Of a stretch of 64,000 nt of DNA, positions 26,921-37,769 are shown piece after piece. Under the pieces are notes generated by a model, which was given only the letters and a program-made list of their open reading frames with translations, made no database searches and was not told where the DNA came from. The translations under genes were made by a program, and so were the position numbers. Every line of letters starts with the position of its first letter. Position 1 is the stretch's first letter. This DNA is from Octopus sinensis (lineage: Eukaryota): contig NC_043003.1 in assembly GCF_006345805.1 (NCBI RefSeq), positions 89,528,001 through 89,592,000 of the forward strand, read 5' to 3'.

Positions 26921-26965
26921 CATTATATTATATTATATTAGAGACCAAATCGAAACCAAGGCAGG

Positions 26966-27595
26966 ATCATCATCATCATCATCATCATTTAACGTCCGCC
27001 TTCCATGCTAGCATGGGTTGGACGATTTGACTGAGGTCTGATGAACCAGACTCCAATCTGATCTGGCAAAGTTTCTACAGCTGGATGCCCTTCCTAACGC
27101 CAACCACTCTGAGAGTGTAGTGGGTGCTTTTATGTGCCACCTGCACGAGGGCCACTTTGGTGGTACTGGCTACGGCCACGTCCAGATGGTACTTTTTACG
27201 TGCCACCTGCACAGGAGCCAGTCCAGCGGCACTGGCGACGTCCTCACTCGAATGTTTCATGTGCTACCAGCTCAAGTGTTAGTAAGGCGACGCGGTAACA
27301 ATCATGCTCGAATGGTGTGCTCAACATGCCACCGGCGCGAAGGTCAGTTTGTTGCTCTGGCAACGATCTCACTCGTATGGTACTCTTAGCGCTTTACTAG
27401 CAACAGATGCCAGTCACCGAGTTTGATTTCGACTTTGATTTCACTTGCCTCAACTGGTCTTCACAAGCAGAGTTTAGTGTCCAATGAAGAAAAGGCATGC
27501 ATAAGTGGACTGGTTACACCCCTGGCATAGGCCACAAGGTCACACTTGTGTTTGCCGAGTCTTCTGCAGCACAGCATATTTCCAGAGGTCCCGGA
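26966..27595 (-). mobile_element. 3' end of an RTE-type LINE with (GAT)n tail
   Basis: Minus strand RDLWKYAVLQKTRQTQV* ORF end and a 3' UTR with ggttggcgttaggaagggcatcc and cgtccaacccatgctagcatggaa. A second short tail copy at ~27815-27868. Confidence 0.65.
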
Positions 27596-27882
27596 TGAAT
27601 ATCTCAAGTCATTTAGAATAATTTAATTCAATTAAGGTGAATTTGAAGTGCCTTGGCTTTGATTTTTCCTCTAATATAGTATATACATGCAATAATGGAA
27701 CCCTAACATGGATCCTGCCTTAGCTATGATCTTGGAACCTAATGGTCAACCAACTATAGCACTTAACTTGCGTACCTATTCATTTAGATTACAAATGAGC
27801 TTAGCCCCTCATATTATCATCATCATCGTTTAACGTCCACTTTCCATGCTAGCATGGGTTGGACGATTTGACTGAGGTCAAA

Positions 27883-29327
27883 TTAGGAGATTCTGTAATT
27901 GCTAGCGATATTCGCTCCACAGACTGGTCTTGTTGGTGGTCCTGCTATAGGGTCAGTAATTATTTTATGGTCCTTGCGAAGTCCATTCAGTGCCGGGATA
28001 TCATTGTTCCAGGCTTGGAAATTATTTCCTGTACGTTTCTGGGGTCCCAGAACAATTGTCCACATCATCATGTGGGCGTTGAGGACCTTTTCTCTCTCCT
28101 CATGTGCCTGTACAGTTGTTATCGTTGTATTGGCAATATGAGGTTGCATTGCCTGGATGTAGTTCGGTAAGCTGTCTATTGACATCCTGCCGGACTTATC
28201 TGTGGGAAGGCATACCACCTCTCCATTCTTCGTGCGCTGAATGAGCTTACGTGGGCCACATGCAGGTTTAATCCCGAGTTGTTGGGCCTCTGTCTTATTC
28301 TGTCTCTGTCTCTTAGTGTATAATCTTAAAATCTGTCTAAGTTTGGTCCTAGCTATAGTGAACTGTGCTTCCATGTGGTCATTATTATGTCTAGGGATGT
28401 AGACTCTTTTGTTGAAGGGTAATGTTGTTGGATAAATCCGGTTCATGCAGTAAGTTTTGTTACATACGTTGAAGAATTGAGTGTCAAAGGGGTGGGTATA
28501 CATGTCAATGGTCATTCTAGAGTTATCTTCATTATCGTTACTGTTTCCATCATCAGCCTCCCTATTATTATTACCACCATTACCACTACTACTATTATTA
28601 CTATTACCACCACAACTACCATCATTACTACTTCTACTATTACCACCACCACTACTACTACCACTATTATTGTTATTACCATTATTCCTACCATTGCCAT
28701 TATTACTATCATTCTGATTATCGCTAGTGATATTTTCATTGTTCCTGTTTCTGGTATATGTGTTGTTCATATTAGTGTTGGGTTTTATGTCTGTCTGTTG
28801 GACCCTGTCATTCCCTCTGTAGTGGTTGTTATTTTTGTTCCTACGAGTATTGTTATTATTATCTGTTTCAAGTCTACTGACTCCCTGTCCAAGGATTCTG
28901 TTGCATTCAACTTTATTTTCCATCGTGACCCCCATGACACAACTTTTATTCGTGTCTTTGTGACTATGGTTATCTGTGTGTGTGTTTGTGTGTCGGTTCT
29001 CCCTATTGTTGTTGTTGTTGCTGTTGTATACGATTTTTTTCTCTCTGTTTATGTTTTTGTATCTATTGTTTGTGTCAATGCATTCATTTTTTTTATTGTT
29101 GTTGTTGTTGTTGTTGCCGCTGTTAGGGTTCATGTTGCTTTTGTTGTTACGGTTGTTATTGCTGCGGTCATTATTGTTTGTGTTGTTGTTGCTGCGGTTA
29201 GTGTTTTTCACGTTGTTGTTGTTGTCGCAAGTGTTGTTGTCATTGTATCTATTTAAATTCCAACGTATTTTTGTGAACGACTTTTCAATTTCGGACAGGC
29301 ATTTGATGGTATTCACCTTACTATACA
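27883..29327 (-). CDS. Inverted N-terminal part of the PLE ORF with a long Asn/Gly/Ser-rich stretch
   Basis: Open frame from ...EIEKSFTKIRW through poly-N/G/S to GEVVCLPTDKSGRMSID...TRPVCGA; the last ~100 aa match ORF 29337-30548. Confidence 0.8.
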
Positions 29328-29336
29328 TCCGGCAGG

Positions 29337-30548
29337 ATGTCAATAGACAGCTTACCGAACTACATCCAGGCAATGCAACCTCATATTGCCAATACAAAGA
29401 TAAAAACTGTACAGGCACATGAGGAGAGAGAAAAGGTCCTCAACGCCCACATAATGATGTGGACAATTGTTCTGGGACCCCAGAAACGTACAGGAAATAA
29501 TTTCCAAGCCTGGAACAATGATATCCCGGCACTGTATGGACTTCGCAAGGACCATAAAATAATTACTGACCCTATAGCAGGACCACCAACAAGACCAGTC
29601 TGTGGAGCGAATATCGCTAGCAATTACAGAATCTCCTACTTCCTCTCAATGATCATACGCCCTATAATCCGGATGTCACCTGATGTTTGTGACAGCACAG
29701 AAGATCTCCTCAGCAGGATCGATGACTGTAACAGCACTTGTGACCTGACCGGATGTATGGTGGGTAGCATGGATGTGGTATCCCTATACCCATCGATCGA
29801 CGTAGATTTTGCGGTGGAGAAGTGCGTGGAGATGATCAATGAGAGCCAGGTGGAGTTCTGTAATGTCAACACAGAAGAACTGGGCCTCCTACTTAGACTG
29901 ACATGTAATACTGAATACTTAGATAAACATAATCTTAGTAGTTTCTGCCCCAGTAGATGTTTAAGAGGTAGACCGCCCACAATTACTTCTATGGCTAGGA
30001 AGACACATATTGAACGATGGCGCGGATGGACCAGAGCCATACGGAGCCCCGCAAATGTCCATCAGATAAAGAAAATGATCGCGCATGCACTAGGAGCTAG
30101 TATAAGAATTACCCTAAAAGGCCACACGTTTAAGTTTAATAATAAAATATATGCCCAGGACGAGGGGGCAGCCATCGGCGTTAGTATCGCTGGTGATGTG
30201 GCCAACCTTTTCATGGTATGGTGGGACAGAAGGCTTAAAGAACGCCTAATACAGAACTCCATACTCGTAAACATGTACTCTCGCTATGTTGATGATATCA
30301 ACATAGTGGTAAAGGCACCCCCACAAGAGAGTAATGTTGATATAGTAATAGAAACTAATACTATGGAGAGCATCCAGCAAATAGCTAACTCCATCCACCA
30401 GAGTATTAAGGTCACAATAGACTACCCCACTAAACACCCCAACCATAGACTACCAGTACTAGACACCGAACTCTGGCTAGAAATTGTGAATAATAAAACC
30501 CAAATCCTTCATTCATACTATGCCAAACCTATGCCTCAAAATACTTGA
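29337..30548 (+). CDS. PLE reverse transcriptase
   Basis: LYGLRKDHK, PTRPV, MDVVSLYPSI, QDEGAAIG, YSRYVDDI, LPVLDTEL motifs. Confidence 0.95.
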   Translation: MSIDSLPNYIQAMQPHIANTKIKTVQAHEEREKVLNAHIMMWTIVLGPQKRTGNNFQAWNNDIPALYGLRKDHKIITDPIAGPPTRPVCGANIASNYRISYFLSMIIRPIIRMSPDVCDSTEDLLSRIDDCNSTCDLTGCMVGSMDVVSLYPSIDVDFAVEKCVEMINESQVEFCNVNTEELGLLLRLTCNTEYLDKHNLSSFCPSRCLRGRPPTITSMARKTHIERWRGWTRAIRSPANVHQIKKMIAHALGASIRITLKGHTFKFNNKIYAQDEGAAIGVSIAGDVANLFMVWWDRRLKERLIQNSILVNMYSRYVDDINIVVKAPPQESNVDIVIETNTMESIQQIANSIHQSIKVTIDYPTKHPNHRLPVLDTELWLEIVNNKTQILHSYYAKPMPQNT

Positions 30549-31420
30549 TCCACCGGAACTCAGCCATTGCGGACAATGCCAAATTCAATATTTTGATGGC
30601 AGACCTCGTCAGAATAATGAGAAATGTGTCATGCATGTGCGAGCCCACAGAGTTAAAGAGACATATACAATATTTCATTCACCGCATGCAGTTCTCAGGT
30701 TACAGCCATAAAGAAAGGATCAGAGTATACAAAGGAGCCATTAAGAAATTTGATAATATATTATGTAATGATAGGAATGGTATTTGCCCACTCTATAGGA
30801 ACAAGTCATGGAACACTATAGAAAGGGCAAAAAAGAAAATAGGGAAGGCCAACTCTTGGTATGGTAGCCATAAATACCAGAGTGTCATGTTCGTTGACAC
30901 CACCTCTGGAGGTGAACTGGCGTATCGCTTTAGAAGGACCCTAGACAAACTTAAGCTAAGAATTAAGGTTGTTGAAAAGCCAGGCAACCCTATCAAATCT
31001 ATAATTGGTAGAACCTATCCTTTTAGTAGAACCCCCTGTACGGATAAATACTGTACTGTATGTAGATTTAGCCCACAAACAAACTGTAAAGCTAGAAATG
31101 TAGTCTATAGTATAAGATGTATAGAGGGACGATGCAGTAACAAGACAACGACATACGCAGGAGAAACGGCAAGAAGCATAGGAGAGCGGGTAAATGAGCA
31201 TTGGAGACAACTCAAGGAAGGTAAAAGCTCATCGATTCTGTACCAACACGCCGAACAAGAACACTTGGGATCAATCAATAACATAGAAATTAAAATATTA
31301 TCCACACATAGATCAGATGCAACAATTAGACAAATTACAGAAGCTACACACATAATAGAAAATAAACCTAGCCTGAATAGAAAATTAGAATGGAGCACTA
31401 ACACACACCACAACATATGA
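30545..31420 (+). CDS. PLE thumb + GIY-YIG endonuclease, joined to the RT by one frameshift
   Basis: CTDKYCTVC, NVVYSIRC...YAGETARSIGERVNEH, LYQHAEQEH, RQITEA...PSLN. Restoring one base at ATG(G)CCTCAAAATACTTG gives a continuous KPMASKYLIHRNS. Confidence 0.93.
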   Translation: MIHRNSAIADNAKFNILMADLVRIMRNVSCMCEPTELKRHIQYFIHRMQFSGYSHKERIRVYKGAIKKFDNILCNDRNGICPLYRNKSWNTIERAKKKIGKANSWYGSHKYQSVMFVDTTSGGELAYRFRRTLDKLKLRIKVVEKPGNPIKSIIGRTYPFSRTPCTDKYCTVCRFSPQTNCKARNVVYSIRCIEGRCSNKTTTYAGETARSIGERVNEHWRQLKEGKSSSILYQHAEQEHLGSINNIEIKILSTHRSDATIRQITEATHIIENKPSLNRKLEWSTNTHHNI

Positions 31421-31506
31421 CGATAGAGGATCCTGAAAAAATAATAAATACACAGATAAATAAATAAACTAATAGAAATAAATAACTATATATATATGTA
31501 TATATG

Positions 31507-31537
<31 letters not shown>

Positions 31538-31724
31538 TAACGATTCAATTTATTATTATTATTACTAGTATTGTTGTTATACATACATACAAGCATATGT
31601 AATGATAATAATGGGTGGATGTAAACACATGAACAAAATAAGAATCAACAAAAACAAAAAACAAAATGCAAAATACAAATTACATGAACATATAAAAAAA
31701 AAAGTTACAAATTACATGAATGTA

Positions 31725-32045
31725 TATAAACAGAAGATACAAATATTACAGGCATACCCCACATACACACACTAAATAAACATAAACGCACATAGAGATA
31801 TAAGCATGCGCAAATGAAGACATACAATAGAAATACAAAATGGCTGACGGTTAGTAAGGAGAGACACAAATAAGTAAGAAGAAAACAAAGGACCACTGAT
31901 GCGGTCACAGGAGTATGACGAAAGAACTCTGGCCGAAATAAGATTAAGATTAATGTAAAAAATAAATAACACTGAAGCAAAGTAACACCAAATATATAGT
32001 GCGTGTGTTCTTATTGGCTAAACTGGCAAAATGACCATTCCGAGT
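31725..32045 (+). repeat. PLE 3' terminal segment repeated directly at ~34005-34335
   Basis: aacagaagatacaaatattacaggcat ... aatgaccattccga, highly similar at both loci. Confidence 0.9.
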
Positions 32046-32048
32046 TAT

Positions 32049-32143
<95 letters not shown>

Positions 32144-32145
<2 letters not shown>

Positions 32146-32490
32146 CACTGGAGTGGCTGTGTGGTAAGAGGCTTGCTTCCCAATCACATGGTTCCAGGTT
32201 CAGTCCTACTGCATGGCACCTTGGGCTAGTGTCTTCAACTATACCCTCAGGCCAACCAACGCATTGAGAGTAGGCAGAAACTGAAAAAAGCCTGTCGTAA
32301 ATACTGGAGATATATATGTGTGTGATGTATATATGTGTGTGTGTATGTATGTTTGTGTCAGTGTTTATCTCCCCACCATCGCTTGACAACCTATACTGGT
32401 GTGTTTACGTCCCCGTAATTTAGTGGTTCGGCAAGAGAGACAGATAGAATAAGTAGTAGGCTTACAAAGAATAAGTCCTGGGGTTGATTT
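32144..32490 (+). mobile_element. SINE-A, 3' truncated
   Basis: Head ggcactggagtggctgtgtggtaag following (TA)n. Confidence 0.85.
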
Positions 32491-33480
32491 GTTCCGTACC
32501 GTGCATCTGCTCTCTCCCCTGCACCCGCCGTCACCCGTCTCTCGTTTCCCCTCACCTACCACCCCACCTCTCCAACGCACCATTCTCCGAGCCTTCCGGC
32601 GACTCTAGTCCGACCCCTCTACTTGGCACATCATCCCTAACCGACCCACCCCTCCTTCAAACGAGCCCACAACCTACGAGACCTCTTGGTCCACAGCTTC
32701 TTCCCTAACACAACCTCCCAACCCGGCTCGTTTCCCTGCTGCCGCACTTACCCTTACCTCTCCAACACCACCCTCCTCACAGGCACCCATCATCGATCTT
32801 ATATCACTGACTCCTTCACCTGCACTTCTAGCAACGTCATCTACGGCATCTCCTGCTCTCTCTCCCTTCCACCTTCTTCCTTCATCGTCACCCCTCCCTC
32901 GTTACCCCACCCCCTACACATTCCAATCCTACCATCCCTATACATCCCATCCCACCCCACCCTATCTCATAGACCCCACCCTTGCTTCCCCACTCTCTCC
33001 TCCCCCGCACCCCAACACCACCACACACCACCACACCACCAACCACACACCGCCACACCACACCACACACCACCATGCCCCACCATACCACATCACACCA
33101 CCCTGCACACACTAGCACTAACCACTTCCCAGCAACTACACCATCATCCACATACCTACACATGTACACATCAATGTCACCAGCCCCCTTCCACATGCAC
33201 ATACACGCGCACTTTCATTTTGGGATTACCACTACTTTATTATCTCCCCTTCTTCCTAGCTCTCCTGTGTGACCCTCGGTCCGGCATTCGCCATGATAGA
33301 TCGCTAACCACTAAACCTTGTTCTATTTTCTCTCCCTGTTTATTTCTCTGTTCCATTCTGTCGAAGAGCGTAGGCTGGAAACGTAAAATACTTTCTCACT
33401 TCCCAAGCGTTAAACTAATACAGCTGTTTGTTGATTACACACCCATCTTTGTCTTTTGTTGTTTTTTTTGTAAATTCTCA
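32490..33480 (+). mobile_element. Internally deleted Neptune-like PLE 3' fragment
   Basis: PGSFPCCRTYPYLSNT...ITDSFTCTSSNVIYGISCS (start of GIY-YIG), a C-rich UTR, and a terminal gaagagcgtaggctggaaacgtaaaa shared with 44030-44070. Confidence 0.8.
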
Positions 33481-33481
33481 C

Positions 33482-33530
<49 letters not shown>

Positions 33531-33532
<2 letters not shown>

Positions 33533-33840
33533 AGGCACAATGGCCCAGAGGTTAAGGCAGCGGACTCACGGTCAGAGGATCACGGTTTCGATTCCCAGAC
33601 CGGGCGTTGTGAGTGTTTATTGAGCGAAAACACCTAAAGCTCTACGAGGCTCTGGCATGGGTGGTGGCGATCCCTGCTGTAATCTTTCACCACAACTTTC
33701 TCTCACTCTTTCTTCTGTTGGCCTGCTCGCTTAGCCAGCGGGGTGATGTCATTTGAAGGCTAAAACAATGCGAAGCACATTGTGACCAGCGATGTGTAGC
33801 ACCATCTGATAGCCTGGTCGGTCACAGTGATCATGGTGAT
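33531..33840 (+). mobile_element. tRNA-derived SINE family C (alternative tail)
   Basis: A/B-box head after (GT)n. Body matches 5957-6340; 3' part differs. Confidence 0.85.
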
Positions 33841-34399
33841 ATATATATAGTAAGAAGAAAAAAAGGGGTTAAAAAATACGGGCAGATATCTATAAAGTAC
33901 TCAGTTTTAAATGAATTTGGTTAACTATATCCAACAATTAGACACCAAGAAATGCAAGTAGAATATACATCCAAGGTAATTCCCCCAAATTACATTGAAC
34001 ATATATAAACAGAAGATACAAATATTACAGGCATCCCCCACATACACACACTAAATAAACATAAACGCACATAGAGATATAAGCATGCGCAAATGAAGAC
34101 ATACAATAGAAATACAAAATGGCTGACGGTTAGTAAGGAGAGACACAAATAAGTAAGAAGAAAACAAACAAAGGACCACTGATGCGGTCACAGGAGTATG
34201 ACGAAAGAACTCTGGCCGAAATAGGATTAAAAAATAAAATAAATGTAAAAAATAAATAACACTGAAGCAAAGTAACACCAAATATATAGTGCGTGTGTTC
34301 TTATTGGCTTAACTGGCAAAATGACCATTCCGAAATATAACAATATCTGTTTCAACACACGACTTCACATAAAAAATCTTGCACAACAAATATTTAAAC

Positions 34400-34464
<65 letters not shown>

Positions 34465-34787
34465 ACCGTCAGTGTATCATATATCTGAAAAAGAAGCACA
34501 GTCTAAAAGTTAGAGCAGTAATATATTTACATGAAGTTAGATGTATGTCTGGTCGTAGAGTGACCAATGGTCTTGCATCCACAAAGCGTTGGGCTTTAGA
34601 GACGGCTGGTCAGACTCCAATGGCCACAAGCATATAACTTCTCTGTAACCTGGAGGTAGAAAACCCTCTTTAAGGATCCTTACCTGTTCTGCTACACAAA
34701 GCTGGAATCATCCATTCCCATTTGTATAGTACCCCGGCTGCTCTATGATCCTCCACTTAATTTCGTATGGAGTTCCTTCATTTCATT

Positions 34788-34868
34788 GGCCTGAGGAATA
34801 ATTAGCTGGGTACACCTCATTAAGTAATTATTACATCAGAGGATCTGCTCGCTAGGAAACATGTAGCC
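34788..34868 (+). ncRNA. Hammerhead-like motif
   Basis: GGC-CTGAGGA-...-GAAAC-AT-GTA^GCC. Intact core, stem I GGC/GCC, palindromic ACATGT; stem II irregular. Confidence 0.6.
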
Positions 34869-34890
34869 TGAATTATATATATATATATAT

Positions 34891-35302
34891 TCTTTTTTTT
34901 TCCTTTTACTTGTTTCAGTCATTTGACTGCGGCCATGCTGGAGCACCGCCTTTAGTCGAGCAAATCGACCCCAGGACTTATTCTTTGTAAGCCCAGTACT
35001 TATTCTATCGGTCTCTTTTTGCCGAACCGCTAAGTGACGGGGATGTAAACACACCAGCATCGGTTGTCAAGCAATGCTAGGGGGACAAACACAGACACAC
35101 AAACACACACACATACATATACATATATATACATATATACAACAGGCTTCTTTCAGTTTCCGTCTACCAAATCCACTCACAAGGCATTGGTCGGCCCGGG
35201 GCTATAGCAGAAGACACTTGCCCAAGATGCCACGCAGTGGGACTGAACCCGGAACCACGTGGTTGGTTAGCAAGCTACTTACCACACAGCCACTCCTGCG
35301 CC
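34891..35302 (-). mobile_element. Full-length SINE-A (young)
   Basis: Head GGCGCAGGAGTGGCTGTGTGGTAAG...GGTTCCGGGTTCAGTCCC; CTTGGGCAAGT motif reminiscent of the CORE domain; tail gactgaaacaagtaaaag. Confidence 0.9.
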
Positions 35303-35316
35303 TATATATATATATA

Positions 35317-36366
35317 CTAGCAGTATAATCCGGCCTTGCCCGGGATTAAGTTACGATTATTAAGCTAATCAAGTTTTTTATTTCAAACCAAACTAAGTAA
35401 TATAGACGTCAAATTGAAATTAGTTATATTATATATATATTATATATATTATATATATATAATATAATATAAATATATATGGGCAACAGATACGAACACA
35501 CATACACACACGTACGTACGTACACCTATTGCATGTTTTCTGCACGCATACATGTTCATAAACAGAAATGAATGGAAAAAATATTGTTAAATTTGTAGAT
35601 TGACATTCGCACGATTTTTACTAAGAAAAAAAATCGTTTTTTTTTGCGTGGAATCAACTACTCTGGTCTTAAAACCCTTTTTGTGGTTCGTGAAACGGAG
35701 TGGGGTGTGGTGGAAGCCTCGCAAATTGTAGCCATTTGTATTGTGTAATTCACTGACAAATTGTTACTCACCTCTTTGTTTCTTTGTTGTTAAATAAATG
35801 GATTGTCAACAAAACACTTTTTTACTCGGCGTAAAATAAAAACAAAACTCTTTCGCACCTAAAGTAATGTGTGTGAGAGAGAGGGAGGGTAGAAAAATGA
35901 AAGATTTAAAATAAATAAATGATTTAAAATAAATATATTGTAATCGTTGTGTGAGAAAGTATATATAATATGATTATAAAATATAATGTATTTCAAAAAC
36001 AAAAAACAAAACATTTTACATTTTATTTTTTATGAACGTAGTCACTTACTCTCTCTCACTTTGTCTTTCCCGTGAAACTCTCTGCCTCCTTCTTCCACTT
36101 TTCTTTATCTTATTTTTTTTTTGCTAGACGCCGTCAAAAAAGATGTGGCTGATATTCTTTATGGCTAAAAGCTATGGTTGAAAATAGATTTTTACGCTAT
36201 CCTCGGGTGCCTCGGGAAAAAAATAAGTTGACAAAACCCAGATAGGATGTTGACGAATGTCCTCCTAAAATTTGAGCAACATGCGTGCTAATTTGTGGAT
36301 GTGCATAAATTACAATCACGTACACACACACACACACACACACACACATGCCTTTTATAGATATGA
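35317..36366 (-). mobile_element. Non-autonomous Helitron (~1.05 kb)
   Basis: 3' end CCCGG-GCAAGG-CCGG...CTGCTAG|T at 35317. Candidate 5' TC end (TCATATCTATAAAAGG) at 36366 (or 36361). Inserted in (TA)n. Confidence 0.65.
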
Positions 36367-36378
36367 TGTATATATATA

Positions 36379-36483
36379 GGCGCAGGAGTGGCTGTGTGGA
36401 AAGTAGCTTGCTTACTAACCACATGGTTCCGAGTTCGATCCCACTGTGTAGCACCTTGAGTAAGTATCTTCTACTATAGCCTC
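36379..36483 (+). mobile_element. SINE-A head fragment
   Basis: ggcgcaggagtggctgtgtgg...gagttcgatccc. Confidence 0.8.
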
Positions 36484-37769
36484 TGTAAAACGTGCCTGAA
36501 TGAAAACTGATTCGTAAATAATTTGTTGTATCAATTTATGGGAAAAAGAGGCTCCAGGATATATACAGGATTAGCCATTTGAAATATATTTCGTGCAACG
36601 TGATTGGATCTTTGATCCAATTCCTGTGCAATACTCAACTAATCACAACACAGGGCTCAATAAATGCTCAATAACTCATTTAAGTATTTCAACCAATCAC
36701 AACAAATTAGTGTGATGAGCCTATATAAACCAAACTTACTGTTTTTTAAATATGCACTCGCTACATATCCATTGTCTGTCTATAAACCCATTGTCTATCT
36801 GCCTATTGTCTGTCTTTTTAAAAACCAATTTTCTATCTCTAAAGCCATTGCCTATTTATATACTCATTGTCTATTTATATATCTATTCATATACCCATAT
36901 AAACGAATCTTTGCAAGGGACTCAGTACACAACAAGCTTTTACGCTGTCTGTTGGCAGTCCAACGACCCAAAAGACAGAGACATTCATAGACATTTCAAT
37001 AGATTAAAGATTTTTAGTGAAATGTTTCTTGAGGACAGTAAATAATGAAGAGAAAATCTTAAAGAAAACATATGGTTTATATAATTTCAGGGACTTAATG
37101 CATATTATTGACACAACATATGTACGGCATATGTCATAGATGTTTCTTTACTAGCCAAACAACGTCTGCAGATGTAGATTTATTTATCTTTCCCCGACAC
37201 CATCTCTAAACAACTTTACATCATCGTTTCGCTACAGTAACCCACATTTATAGATACGTGTTGTTTCAGAAAGACCTGATTTTGGTTAGTTCTTCCTTAA
37301 TTATTTTATTTGGTGTGAATCAGTGGAAAGCTCTCAAGTCTATTCATCTAGCTAGCGATACGAGGTTCACACACAGCATGCAGTGTTGTGCAACTGATAA
37401 GAAAGTAAACTTGAAATGTCATAATAAATATCAGAGTGAATCAGTGATTCTTATGGTTCAAACTCATTTCAGTAGATAAGTAGGTTTACACCTCTCAATA
37501 TTGCATGAGGATATTTTTATATTATTTTTGAGGTCATCATATGTACAGCGAAATCCACATTCCTGGTGGACTGAAGCGCTTTTCCCCAATGTCCCCCCCC
37601 CCAGTTAATGTTATTTTACTCCACATACTCTAAATCATGAATAAGGAGCATAGGATTGTGACACTGTACCAATCAACAATTCCATCCTGGTAACCAACTA
37701 CATGACAGAGATGGACATTGAAACTCTCCCGCATACATTACACCACAGAGAGGATAGATAAGGAACTTA

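Larger units (their letters stand above)
27875..32053 (+). mobile_element. Young, near-complete Penelope-like retroelement with inverted 5' segment
   Basis: Plus strand 29328-32053 carries RT, GIY-YIG and 3' UTR. Minus strand 27875-~29327 carries the N-terminal coding region. About 310 bp (codons SGRMSID...NYRIS) occurs in both orientations. Ends in (TA)n. Confidence 0.93.
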
